A model generated the notes under the pieces. It was not told where the DNA came from and searched no databases. It saw only the letters and a program-made list of their open reading frames with translations. This document shows positions 37,813 to 46,177 of a stretch of DNA of 64,000 bases, one piece after another. Source of the stretch: Nitrospirota bacterium (GTDB lineage: Bacteria; Nitrospirota; Thermodesulfovibrionia; Thermodesulfovibrionales; Dissulfurispiraceae); the NCBI GenBank assembly GCA_963790025.1, contig CAWBMP010000004.1:768001-832000 (forward strand), written 5' to 3'. The position numbers and the translations under genes are program-made. Every line of letters begins with the position of its first letter. Within the stretch, counting starts at the first letter, position 1.

Positions 37813-39218
37813 ACGTCCCCAAAGCTCTTGATCCTCTCTTCCGGCCCCAAAGCATCATACTTATAGGTGCAGCCCAGTCAGAGGAAAAACTTGGCGGGAT
37901 AATACTCAAAAATCTCCTCCGTTACAGAGGCGGAATCTACCCTGTAAACCCAAAATATAATCAACTGCTGGGAATAAAGTCATATCCGTCAGTGAAAGCA
38001 ATAAGCGAGCTTTCTGAATTCAGCAGAGGAGCGATCAATCTGGCAATAATTATAAGGCCGGCTTCCGAGGTACCGGGAATTTTGAGGGAGTTGCAACCGT
38101 GTACAAAAACAGCCATCATAGTGAGTTCAGGTTTTTCCGAGATCGGACAGGCCGGGCTGCAGGATGAGGTTAAAAATATCGGGAAAGAAACAGGCATTCG
38201 CCTGCTGGGACCTAACTGCCTGGGCGTTTACAATGCCCACAAAAAGCTTGATACCCTTTTTATCAGTCGTGAGAAACTTGGAAGACCCAAAAAAGGCAAT
38301 GTCGCAGTGCTCTCACAGAGCGGCGCCGTGATGGCCTGTCTTTTCGGGGCGATACGGTCGTCAAACACCGGAATCTCAAAAGCAGTAGGCTATGGCAATG
38401 CAGTTGATATCGACGAATCTGATTTTTACGATTACCTTGCCCTGGACCCTCATACCGATATTGTTATATCGTATCTTGAGTCGTTGGGTGACGGAAGAAA
38501 ATTCATTAAGGCCGCAAGGTCCCTTTCGGACAAGAAAACACTGCTTGTTCTTAAATCGGGCAAAGGCTTCAGTGGGCAGGCCGCAGCCTTTTCACACACG
38601 GGCAGGCTTGCGGGAAGGTATGAAGTATTCAGCTCTATCCTGAGACAGTTCGGCATCAAAGAGGCCGTTGATTTAGAAGACCTCGTAGATGGAGCAAAAG
38701 CGCTTTCCTATCAGAAACCCGCTAGACCTCATAATGAGGATGGACCCCTAAAAAAGGAAGCCTTTCCGGGGCGGGCACGGGTCTGTATCGTGACAAACGG
38801 GGGCGGCTCCGGGGTGCTTGCCGCCGACGAGTGCACAAGACAGATGCTGGATGTCGTAAAGGTGTCTGAAGAAAAGGTCAAAAAGCTGAGGGACGTGTTT
38901 CCGCCTTTTTATCCAATGAGCAATCCCATTGACCTAACCGCCCAGGTAAAGGATACCGATTATGCTGCGGTACTCGAAATGCTGAAGGACGATTATGACG
39001 GATTTGTTATTATAGCTTTGACCGCAGTAACAGGTGTTACCACCGCACTGGCGGGCCTTATAAGAGATTTCAAAGAGAGTTCAGGCAAAGCAGTGGTACT
39101 TTACACTGATCCCGGTCGCGCCTCACGGTCCATGACAGCACTCTTTGAAAAGGCCGGGATACCGGTCTACCCTTCCCCTGAAAGGGCGGTAAGGGGATTA
39201 AAGGCACTGCTCTTTTGA
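37809..39218 (+). CDS. ADP-forming acyl-CoA synthetase alpha subunit (CoA-binding)
   Basis: YPVNP, GPNCLG, SQSGA, GNAVD, SHTG phospho-His, TNGGGSG, NPIDLT; ATGA overlap with E2. Confidence 0.88.
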   Translation: MNVPKALDPLFRPQSIILIGAAQSEEKLGGIILKNLLRYRGGIYPVNPKYNQLLGIKSYPSVKAISELSEFSRGAINLAIIIRPASEVPGILRELQPCTKTAIIVSSGFSEIGQAGLQDEVKNIGKETGIRLLGPNCLGVYNAHKKLDTLFISREKLGRPKKGNVAVLSQSGAVMACLFGAIRSSNTGISKAVGYGNAVDIDESDFYDYLALDPHTDIVISYLESLGDGRKFIKAARSLSDKKTLLVLKSGKGFSGQAAAFSHTGRLAGRYEVFSSILRQFGIKEAVDLEDLVDGAKALSYQKPARPHNEDGPLKKEAFPGRARVCIVTNGGGSGVLAADECTRQMLDVVKVSEEKVKKLRDVFPPFYPMSNPIDLTAQVKDTDYAAVLEMLKDDYDGFVIIALTAVTGVTTALAGLIRDFKESSGKAVVLYTDPGRASRSMTALFEKAGIPVYPSPERAVRGLKALLF

Positions 39219-39334
39219 ACTAACCCATTACCAACAATGTTGAATTATGATAGTTTTTTCCCTACAGCTATGGTACGATAGTTAAGAAAATGTGGAGCTT
39301 ATTTAAACAAGAAACAGAGAGCAAGTGAAAGAAA

Positions 39335-40177
39335 ATGAATGATTCTTTACGGCTGTTTGTCCAGAATATAACCAAAATCCCGACCCTGCCCCTTATAGCC
39401 CACGAAATATTAGGCATGGTGGAAGACGATCTTATGTCCGTGGAAAAATTGGAACGGATTGTGAACAAAGACCCGGCCATTTCAGCCAAGATTGTGGGCT
39501 TCTCCAATGCGGCCTTTTTTGGATACAAGACACATCATGCAACAGTAGCAAATGCAATCCAGAAGATGGGATTCACCAATGTGAAGAATATCGCGCTCGG
39601 AATATCTTTAATGACCATCTTCAATAACAAGCAGCACGAGTATGACTATAATTACGGCAGGATCTACAGACACTCCATTGCAACGGGATTTGTTGCAAAA
39701 TTCCTGGCAGAACACTTAAGGCTCAAGGAGGAAGACGATCTCTTTTTAAGCGGGATACTCCACGATTTTGGGTTGTTGCTGCTGACTCGTTATTTTCCCG
39801 ACCTCTCCCGCAAAGTTGAAGAAACCGCAAGAGACTGTAAGGACCTGCTTGAGGCGGAAACACGCGTTTTAGGCTTCACACACGGAGAGATCGGAGCGTG
39901 GCTTGCGGATACGTGGAACCTGCAGGAGACATTACGCGAAGTCATTCTGCATCATCACACTCCCTCCCTCGCGGGCAAACACAAGCAGCGGGTTGCGATT
40001 ATTCACCTCGCCGATTATATTACGTGCAGACGGTTCTTTTGCATGACCGGAGACAAGTCCTATTGTGCCCTGGACCCCCTCGCATTCTTCCTTATTCATA
40101 TGCCTGAAAAAAATTTCGACGATATCGAGTCGGAAATTCCGGACGATATGTTCGCAAACGGAATATTCACATCATGA
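39335..40177 (+). CDS. HDOD domain signalling protein
   Basis: PTLP, DPAISAKI...NAAFFG, RHS, GILHDFG, HGEIGAWLA..WNL, HH. Confidence 0.9.
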   Translation: MNDSLRLFVQNITKIPTLPLIAHEILGMVEDDLMSVEKLERIVNKDPAISAKIVGFSNAAFFGYKTHHATVANAIQKMGFTNVKNIALGISLMTIFNNKQHEYDYNYGRIYRHSIATGFVAKFLAEHLRLKEEDDLFLSGILHDFGLLLLTRYFPDLSRKVEETARDCKDLLEAETRVLGFTHGEIGAWLADTWNLQETLREVILHHHTPSLAGKHKQRVAIIHLADYITCRRFFCMTGDKSYCALDPLAFFLIHMPEKNFDDIESEIPDDMFANGIFTS

Positions 40178-41487
40178 GCGAACAGATTTTTTTGCGGTGG
40201 CTGCAGCGTTTTCTCTCTGATAAAGGACATCCGCCTGTTTCTTTTGAAGGGCTTTCATCAGCCGAGGTCAACATCGCCAAGCAGGTCGAGAAAGAGTTCA
40301 GAGAAGCCGATACTCTCAAAAAATATTCGAATATATTCCTTAATACACTCGACAGCAGTGAGCATTTCTCTCAAGTTGCAATAGGGGCGTTGTCTGCATT
40401 CATCAAAATCGGACATCTCGGAGAGACTGTCAGGGACATTAATGTTTTTGGGCGGGAAATGGCGGAAATATTTACACGTGAATTAGGACTTGAATACTGC
40501 TCGATACTGATGAAACATCCCGACACGGGTAAGCTTAGACTGGCAGGCGGCAGCGCTGCAGTATACAAATACCTCTCAGCGGGAAAGAGAAGAAAATACA
40601 AGGCGCCAACCGGTGACGGCTTAAAAAATATAGCTCGCCATGTTGTCGGCTCTGGCGATTATATCTTTATTCCGGATGTTACGGTTGATGAAAGGTGTTC
40701 CCATACGGTTGACGCGAGCCTCGGGATTACTGCACTTCTCTCGTCACCTGTCAAGAGCGGAAGCGGGATACTCGGTGTCGTCAACTGCGGCCATTCCAGC
40801 CCCAATGTATTCGACAAAAACAAGATCAACCTCATTCTGCTCCTGTCAAATTTTGCAGGACAGGTAATGACGCTTATTACTCTGCAGAACATGATGTCCG
40901 AATGGAAAGAAACATTGAAAGCCGAAGTGCAGAATAAAACCGCTGAATTGCGGAGTAAAAATGCAAAACTCCACAAGCTTGCCATCACCGATGCTTTGAC
41001 AAATCTATACAACCGGCGTTTTTTCTTTACCAGGCTTGAGGAGGAATTCTCGAGAATGCTCAGATATAATGAGCAGTTCGCCCTGCTTGTGATAGACCTC
41101 GACAACCTGAAATATATCAACGACACCTACGGGCATGTCGGGGGCGACAAGGTAATCCGGCACATCTCCCGATTCATGAAAAAATCAGTCAGAAGAGGTG
41201 ATGTCATAGGGAGAATCGGCGGCGACGAGTTCGGCTATATAATGCTCGACGCCGATGAGGAAATTGCTTCCCATTTCTCGGTTCGCCTGCAGGAGTCCCT
41301 CGCGCGGGAAACCTTCAGGGGAATAAAAAATAAGCCTACCCTGAGCATCGGCATCGCAGCGGTCGCAAATCATAAATTTAAGAAATACGAAGACATTTAC
41401 AAAGCCGCGGACGATGCGCTTTATGAGGCAAAGAATAAAAAAGACTCCATCTGTATTTTCGGTAAAACATCAAGAAGGAAGCGTTGA
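40174..41487 (+). CDS. GAF-domain diguanylate cyclase
   Basis: GAF-like region, DALTNLYNRR, DLDNLKYIND, RRGD I-site, GGDEF; ATGA overlap with HDOD gene. Confidence 0.9.
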   Translation: MSEQIFLRWLQRFLSDKGHPPVSFEGLSSAEVNIAKQVEKEFREADTLKKYSNIFLNTLDSSEHFSQVAIGALSAFIKIGHLGETVRDINVFGREMAEIFTRELGLEYCSILMKHPDTGKLRLAGGSAAVYKYLSAGKRRKYKAPTGDGLKNIARHVVGSGDYIFIPDVTVDERCSHTVDASLGITALLSSPVKSGSGILGVVNCGHSSPNVFDKNKINLILLLSNFAGQVMTLITLQNMMSEWKETLKAEVQNKTAELRSKNAKLHKLAITDALTNLYNRRFFFTRLEEEFSRMLRYNEQFALLVIDLDNLKYINDTYGHVGGDKVIRHISRFMKKSVRRGDVIGRIGGDEFGYIMLDADEEIASHFSVRLQESLARETFRGIKNKPTLSIGIAAVANHKFKKYEDIYKAADDALYEAKNKKDSICIFGKTSRRKR

Positions 41488-41522
41488 ATGTCAAATTATG
41501 GATCTGTTCTCAATAATTCAAC

Positions 41523-42161
41523 ATGTTAATATCCCTGGATGAAATTGTCATAATCGAGCATAAGGCGAAGGAATACCTCAGGGAACAGGGATTGCCGGTA
41601 CCCCGCGGAAAATTGTTCAAGGCCGGTTCTACGCCGTCTTCAGACGGCATGACATACCCGCTAGTTGCAAAAGTTTCATCAGAAAACATACTATCGAAGA
41701 GCGACATCGGCGGCGTAAGGGCTGGGATCACAAATGAAGAAGATCTTAAGCAGGCGGTTGCCGGGCTTATGGAGATAAAGGGGGCTGAAGGGGTCCTGGT
41801 TGAGGAAATGGCCCCTCCAGGCATCGAAGTGATAATCGGAGGAATCATTGACCCGCAGTTCGGCCCTGTCATTATGTTCGGTCTCGGCGGCATCTATGTG
41901 GAGTTGTTCAAAGATGTCGCTTTCGGCCTGGCCCCCCTCGACGAAAAAGATGCCAAATGGCTTATAGGACAAATTAAAGGCCGCAGACTTTTAGAAGGCT
42001 ATAGGGGCTGCCCTCCTGGAGATACCGGTGCACTCGTAAGCATTATGGTCACCGTCTCGCAGTTGATGGCAGCCGGCCGTATCAGGGAAATCGACCTGAA
42101 TCCAGTCGCCCTCTATTCCTCAGGAGCGATGATTCTCGATGCAAAGATTTCCCTTCTTTAG
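41523..42161 (+). CDS. ADP-forming acyl-CoA synthetase beta subunit (ATP-grasp)
   Basis: YPLVAKV, KSDIGGV, LVEEMA, DPQFGPVIMFGLGGIYVE, EIDLNP. Confidence 0.88.
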   Translation: MLISLDEIVIIEHKAKEYLREQGLPVPRGKLFKAGSTPSSDGMTYPLVAKVSSENILSKSDIGGVRAGITNEEDLKQAVAGLMEIKGAEGVLVEEMAPPGIEVIIGGIIDPQFGPVIMFGLGGIYVELFKDVAFGLAPLDEKDAKWLIGQIKGRRLLEGYRGCPPGDTGALVSIMVTVSQLMAAGRIREIDLNPVALYSSGAMILDAKISLL

Positions 42162-42179
42162 TGCCTGCAATAAAACAGT

Positions 42180-42842
42180 TCAGCTTGGGTCTAACAAATC
42201 GAACACGACAGGTATTTTTTCCTGAAACCCTTTCAGCATATCCATAGCGAGAACTCTTATCTGCGGATGGGCTTTAAGTGACGCCCTCAGTTTGAAAAAA
42301 TGCCGCCATTCTCTGAGATTGGCTGTCATGACAAGCTCTGTTTTAAGAGAATTGGGCAGAACAGCGCGGGCCTCCTGAGGTGATTGTCCCCCTTTAAGCA
42401 GCTCAAAGTATGTCTTCTCTATTTGCTCGCATGTCGATTTCCACAACGTATATTGTGCATGCCTTTTTCGTCCCTCTTCATCTTTACTTTCTTCTGTGAA
42501 ACCTTTGAACCATACCGGCAGAATAACTGTTATCTCGTTTCCGAATTTATCATGTGAATAATTACAATACCGGGTGCTTTCCTGGCTATAACTGGCAATT
42601 CGATGGCGCACTATCTCATGCGTAACGCCCCTGTCCGTTATAATTTTCACTGTGATATTGTGATGCTCAATCACGGAGTGATGCCCGGATTTAATGCAGC
42701 CGGACACAAACCTGGCAGCAGAATCATCGGTTATCCTGTCCTCAGACTTATAACATGTTCTGCCTGCCGTCTCGATTTTTCTGAGAACAGCGGCGCCGTC
42801 AACATCCTCTTCGAACTGCCAAGATTGTTCAATTATTCTCAT
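42180..42842 (-). CDS. thyX: FAD-dependent thymidylate synthase
   Basis: GHHSVIEH, RHRIASYSQESTRY ThyX motif, ARAVLP, NLREWRHF. Confidence 0.95.
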   Translation of the reverse strand: MRIIEQSWQFEEDVDGAAVLRKIETAGRTCYKSEDRITDDSAARFVSGCIKSGHHSVIEHHNITVKIITDRGVTHEIVRHRIASYSQESTRYCNYSHDKFGNEITVILPVWFKGFTEESKDEEGRKRHAQYTLWKSTCEQIEKTYFELLKGGQSPQEARAVLPNSLKTELVMTANLREWRHFFKLRASLKAHPQIRVLAMDMLKGFQEKIPVVFDLLDPS

Positions 42843-42859
42843 AATTCCAAACTCCTTTC

Positions 42860-43975
42860 CTACCTTGCCATTATCTGCACGTATTTTGCAATTCCGTTCC
42901 GCGTAACCAAGCCAATTATTATACCATCCTTAACCACCGCCAGCCTTCCCTTGTCTTCATTTATCATGAGTTCAAGCGCCTTCATGGCATCGCTGTTCTG
43001 ACCAATCTCACAACTTTTATCATTACGTATAAAGACATCTGCAACACTTTTATCCTTCCACAGCGTCCTCGGTATGTCCCGTATCTCTTTCAATGAAATG
43101 AACCCGAGGAACCTCTCCCGCTCAACCACGGGGAAGCCCCCGTAGCCGTATCGCAGGAAAAAGTCATTCACCGCCTCATCGAGCGATAAACCGGGCGGCA
43201 TCGTTATAATATCCCGAACCATAATATCTTGCACTTTGACACCGCTCAAGCTCTCCCTGAGGCCAACCTGTTGATAGCTGGCCTGAGCTGAACTGTATAG
43301 AAACCATCCTATAAGCATAAGCCACAAGCCCCCCGACATACCGGCGAAGACCGAAAAAAAACCCAAGAAAAGCATAAGCAGCGCGATCTTCTGACCGTAG
43401 GAAGCAGCCTTACGAGTGGCATAGAAAAAATCCTTGGTTTTGTTCCAAATAAATGCACGCACCACCCTTCCCCCGTCCATAGGGAATCCGGGTATCAGGT
43501 TGAACATACCCAGCATGAAGTTCAACTGCATAAGGTAGGTAAACAACGCCTTAGCCACCACACCGACCGGCAGCCGGTAAGCCGCAAAAAACACCAGCGA
43601 GAGGAAAAAACTCGACAACGGACCGGCAATAGCTATCTTGAACTCTGCCCCCGGACCGGAAGGCTCACCCTTCATCTGAGATATCCCTCCAAAGATGAAC
43701 AGCGTAATGCTCGATATGGGCAGTTTGTGCCTGAGGGCAACAAAAGAATGAGACAGTTCATGAACGGCTACAGATACAAACAGCAGTAATGCGGCTACCG
43801 CACCGCTGACCCAATAAGACTGTACCGCCAAATTCGGTACAGCCTGCGGGAAATATAATGTAGAAAGCGACCACGTAAGGATACCAAAGACAATAAGCCA
43901 GGAAAAATGGACCCTTATCGGTATACCTATAATTGTTGCTATTTTCAGCGAGCCCGACTGCAAAGGGGCATTCAA
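42860..43975 (-). CDS. site-2 protease (M50) with tandem CBS domains; start revised to TTG 43975
   Basis: HELSH, IAGP, FNLIPGFPMDGGR, two CBS domains; SD GGAGG before TTG. Confidence 0.9.
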   Translation of the reverse strand: MNAPLQSGSLKIATIIGIPIRVHFSWLIVFGILTWSLSTLYFPQAVPNLAVQSYWVSGAVAALLLFVSVAVHELSHSFVALRHKLPISSITLFIFGGISQMKGEPSGPGAEFKIAIAGPLSSFFLSLVFFAAYRLPVGVVAKALFTYLMQLNFMLGMFNLIPGFPMDGGRVVRAFIWNKTKDFFYATRKAASYGQKIALLMLFLGFFSVFAGMSGGLWLMLIGWFLYSSAQASYQQVGLRESLSGVKVQDIMVRDIITMPPGLSLDEAVNDFFLRYGYGGFPVVERERFLGFISLKEIRDIPRTLWKDKSVADVFIRNDKSCEIGQNSDAMKALELMINEDKGRLAVVKDGIIIGLVTRNGIAKYVQIMAR

Positions 43976-44121
43976 GATTGCGCCTCCCTCTTTACAGAAT
44001 AATAGCACAAATAGTTCACACGAGTTTCTTCGTGGAAACAGGACGTTAGCCCGTGGCCCAAGGATTATGAGTGCCGGACATAAATAATATGCAGACAATA
44101 TACCATTTGCCCGCAGCCAGG

Positions 44122-44150
44122 TTGTCTTTGTCATTCCTAAATGTTATAAT
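44122..44150 (+). promoter_or_regulatory. sigma70 promoter for the small Cys-rich ORF
   Basis: TTGTCT-17-(TGt)TATAAT. Confidence 0.6.
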
Positions 44151-44200
44151 AAACAGAGAGTTAACAAGACAGTGGTATAGCATAAAAAGGAGTTTTAATA

Positions 44201-44446
44201 ATGGTCACTTTCAATTGCACGGAATTACATTGCCAAACAATGACACTTGAACTATGCATAAAACGCCAGATTATTAGCACGGAAGGTAAAAATTCATGTT
44301 TCTTACTATGCGCAAACTGTAAGCAGGGCGTCAAAATAAAAACTACGCATAAGAAGATGGTGCGGGCAATTGAATCAGGGTTGATGAACAGGAAAAAAAC
44401 CAGGCCCGGAAGACATAAAAAGGGTCTATTTAACGAATCAAATTAA
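44201..44446 (+). CDS. small basic Cys-rich hypothetical protein
   Basis: SD AAGGAG, own promoter, six Cys including CANCKQG, basic tail. Confidence 0.6.
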   Translation: MVTFNCTELHCQTMTLELCIKRQIISTEGKNSCFLLCANCKQGVKIKTTHKKMVRAIESGLMNRKKTRPGRHKKGLFNESN

Positions 44447-44471
44447 GTAAATGGGCTTATGAGTCTATTCG

Positions 44472-45059
44472 TTAACTCATTGTCCCTTTTGTTGTCGGCA
44501 AACCCTTCATCCGTGGATCAGGGGAGACGGCCTCGCTTAAGGCCCTGCCGAATGCCTTGAATATTCCTTCAAAGATATGGTGGACGTCCCTTCCGTATTC
44601 GACAATGATATGGAGGTTCATCATGGAGTGGTTGCTGACCGCCCTGAAAAAATCTTCGAAAAGCGAGTACTCCGGCCCCCGTACAGTGTCTTTGGGAAAC
44701 TTTACTTTGTAAACCAGATAGGGCCTGCCGCTCAAGTCGATTACAACTCTGGCAAGACTCTCGTCCATTGGAATAGTTGCGCTGCCATAACGCCTGATCC
44801 CCTTTTTATCACCCAGTGCTTTCTTTATGGCTTCTCCGAATGTGATACCGAGGTCTTCCATGAGGTGGTGATAATCGATCTCGATATCTCCGGTTGCCTT
44901 AATTTGCAGGTCCATGGCCCCATGAAATGCGAGAAGGTTCAGCATATGGTCAAGAAAAGGGATCGATGTATTTACAGAGGCGACGCCTTTACCACCCAGT
45001 GTGAGCTTTATCGCTATATCGGTTTCCCTGGTTTTCCTTTTTATCGTTGCAGTACGCAC
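44472..45059 (-). CDS. hisB: imidazoleglycerol-phosphate dehydratase
   Basis: RKTRETDI, FLDHML, DYHHLMED, PMDE, HHIFEG, PTTKG. Confidence 0.96.
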   Translation of the reverse strand: MRTATIKRKTRETDIAIKLTLGGKGVASVNTSIPFLDHMLNLLAFHGAMDLQIKATGDIEIDYHHLMEDLGITFGEAIKKALGDKKGIRRYGSATIPMDESLARVVIDLSGRPYLVYKVKFPKDTVRGPEYSLFEDFFRAVSNHSMMNLHIIVEYGRDVHHIFEGIFKAFGRALSEAVSPDPRMKGLPTTKGTMS

Positions 45060-46111
45060 TATTTCCCTCCCAGCGTTTTTTTCAATGCCTTGATGAATAA
45101 ATCATTCTCTTCCGGGGTGCCGACTGTGACCCTCAGGGCGCCTCTTGCCGCAGTGTTCATATTCCTTACAAGTACTCCGTGACTGAGGAGCTTTTCATGT
45201 ACCGCATCGGCATTGTGAACTTTAAAAAAAATAAAATTGGCCTCGGAAGGATATGGGCGGACTCCCCGGATGTTTATGAGCGCATCATAGAGCCGCTCCC
45301 GCTCAGAGATTATGCCCTTTATAAGGTTGCGAAGTGAACTCCCGCGAAGCGCCTCCTCTGCCACAGCCTGTGAAATCCCATTAAGATTAAAGGGGAGCCT
45401 CACCTTGTCAACCTCCCTTAGCAATGCACTGTCGCCCACTAAATAACCCACTCTTAATGATGCCAGCCCTATTTTGCTCAATGTCCTCAAAATAGCGAGA
45501 TGCTTATAATCCTTCATCATGGAAAGAAAGCCTTTCTCGCTCGAAAAGGGCTGATACGCCTCATCAAGGACCACTATGCCCTTTGTCATTTCGATAATTT
45601 TGAGAATTCTGTCCGAGGAAAAACAGTTTCCTGTGGGATTGTTGGGAGAGCTAAGAAATATGAGTTTAGGTCTGAATTTTTTTATATAGGCAGCCATCTT
45701 ATCCACATCCAGATCAAAGTCCCTGTCCAGTGGAATGCCTTTATAGTGTAATCCCAATGCCCTGGCGATAATGCCGTACATGGAAAATGTAGGGACAGGA
45801 TAAAGCACCGGTCCTCCGAAAGTGATTATAAGGTAATAAATCAGCTCGTCGGATCCGTTACCCGCAAGCAGGGCTTCGGGATTGACCCCGATTTTTTGCG
45901 CAATAGCCTTTTTTAGTCCCCTGGCTTGAGAGTCGGGATAGCGGTTGAGCGTTGCAGAAGAGATTCTTTCAATTATCCCATTCACCGGAATGCCCGGATA
46001 AGGGCTCTCGTTGGCATCCAGCTTAACGGCGCACCGGATATGCCCGGCCTGATAGGGCTGCAAAGTCCTAACATTCTTGAGCACAAGTTTTGAAATATCC
46101 TGCCTTTTCAT
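45059..46111 (-). CDS. hisC: histidinol-phosphate aminotransferase
   Basis: KLDANESP, NRYPD, GNGSDELI, PNNPTG, DEAY, RTLSK..GLASLRVG. Confidence 0.95.
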   Translation of the reverse strand: MKRQDISKLVLKNVRTLQPYQAGHIRCAVKLDANESPYPGIPVNGIIERISSATLNRYPDSQARGLKKAIAQKIGVNPEALLAGNGSDELIYYLIITFGGPVLYPVPTFSMYGIIARALGLHYKGIPLDRDFDLDVDKMAAYIKKFRPKLIFLSSPNNPTGNCFSSDRILKIIEMTKGIVVLDEAYQPFSSEKGFLSMMKDYKHLAILRTLSKIGLASLRVGYLVGDSALLREVDKVRLPFNLNGISQAVAEEALRGSSLRNLIKGIISERERLYDALINIRGVRPYPSEANFIFFKVHNADAVHEKLLSHGVLVRNMNTAARGALRVTVGTPEENDLFIKALKKTLGGK

Positions 46112-46177
46112 CAGCTTTTATAATATAGAGCCCAAAAAGCAGTTGTCAACAGCAAGTAATAATTACTGCCATTTCCC

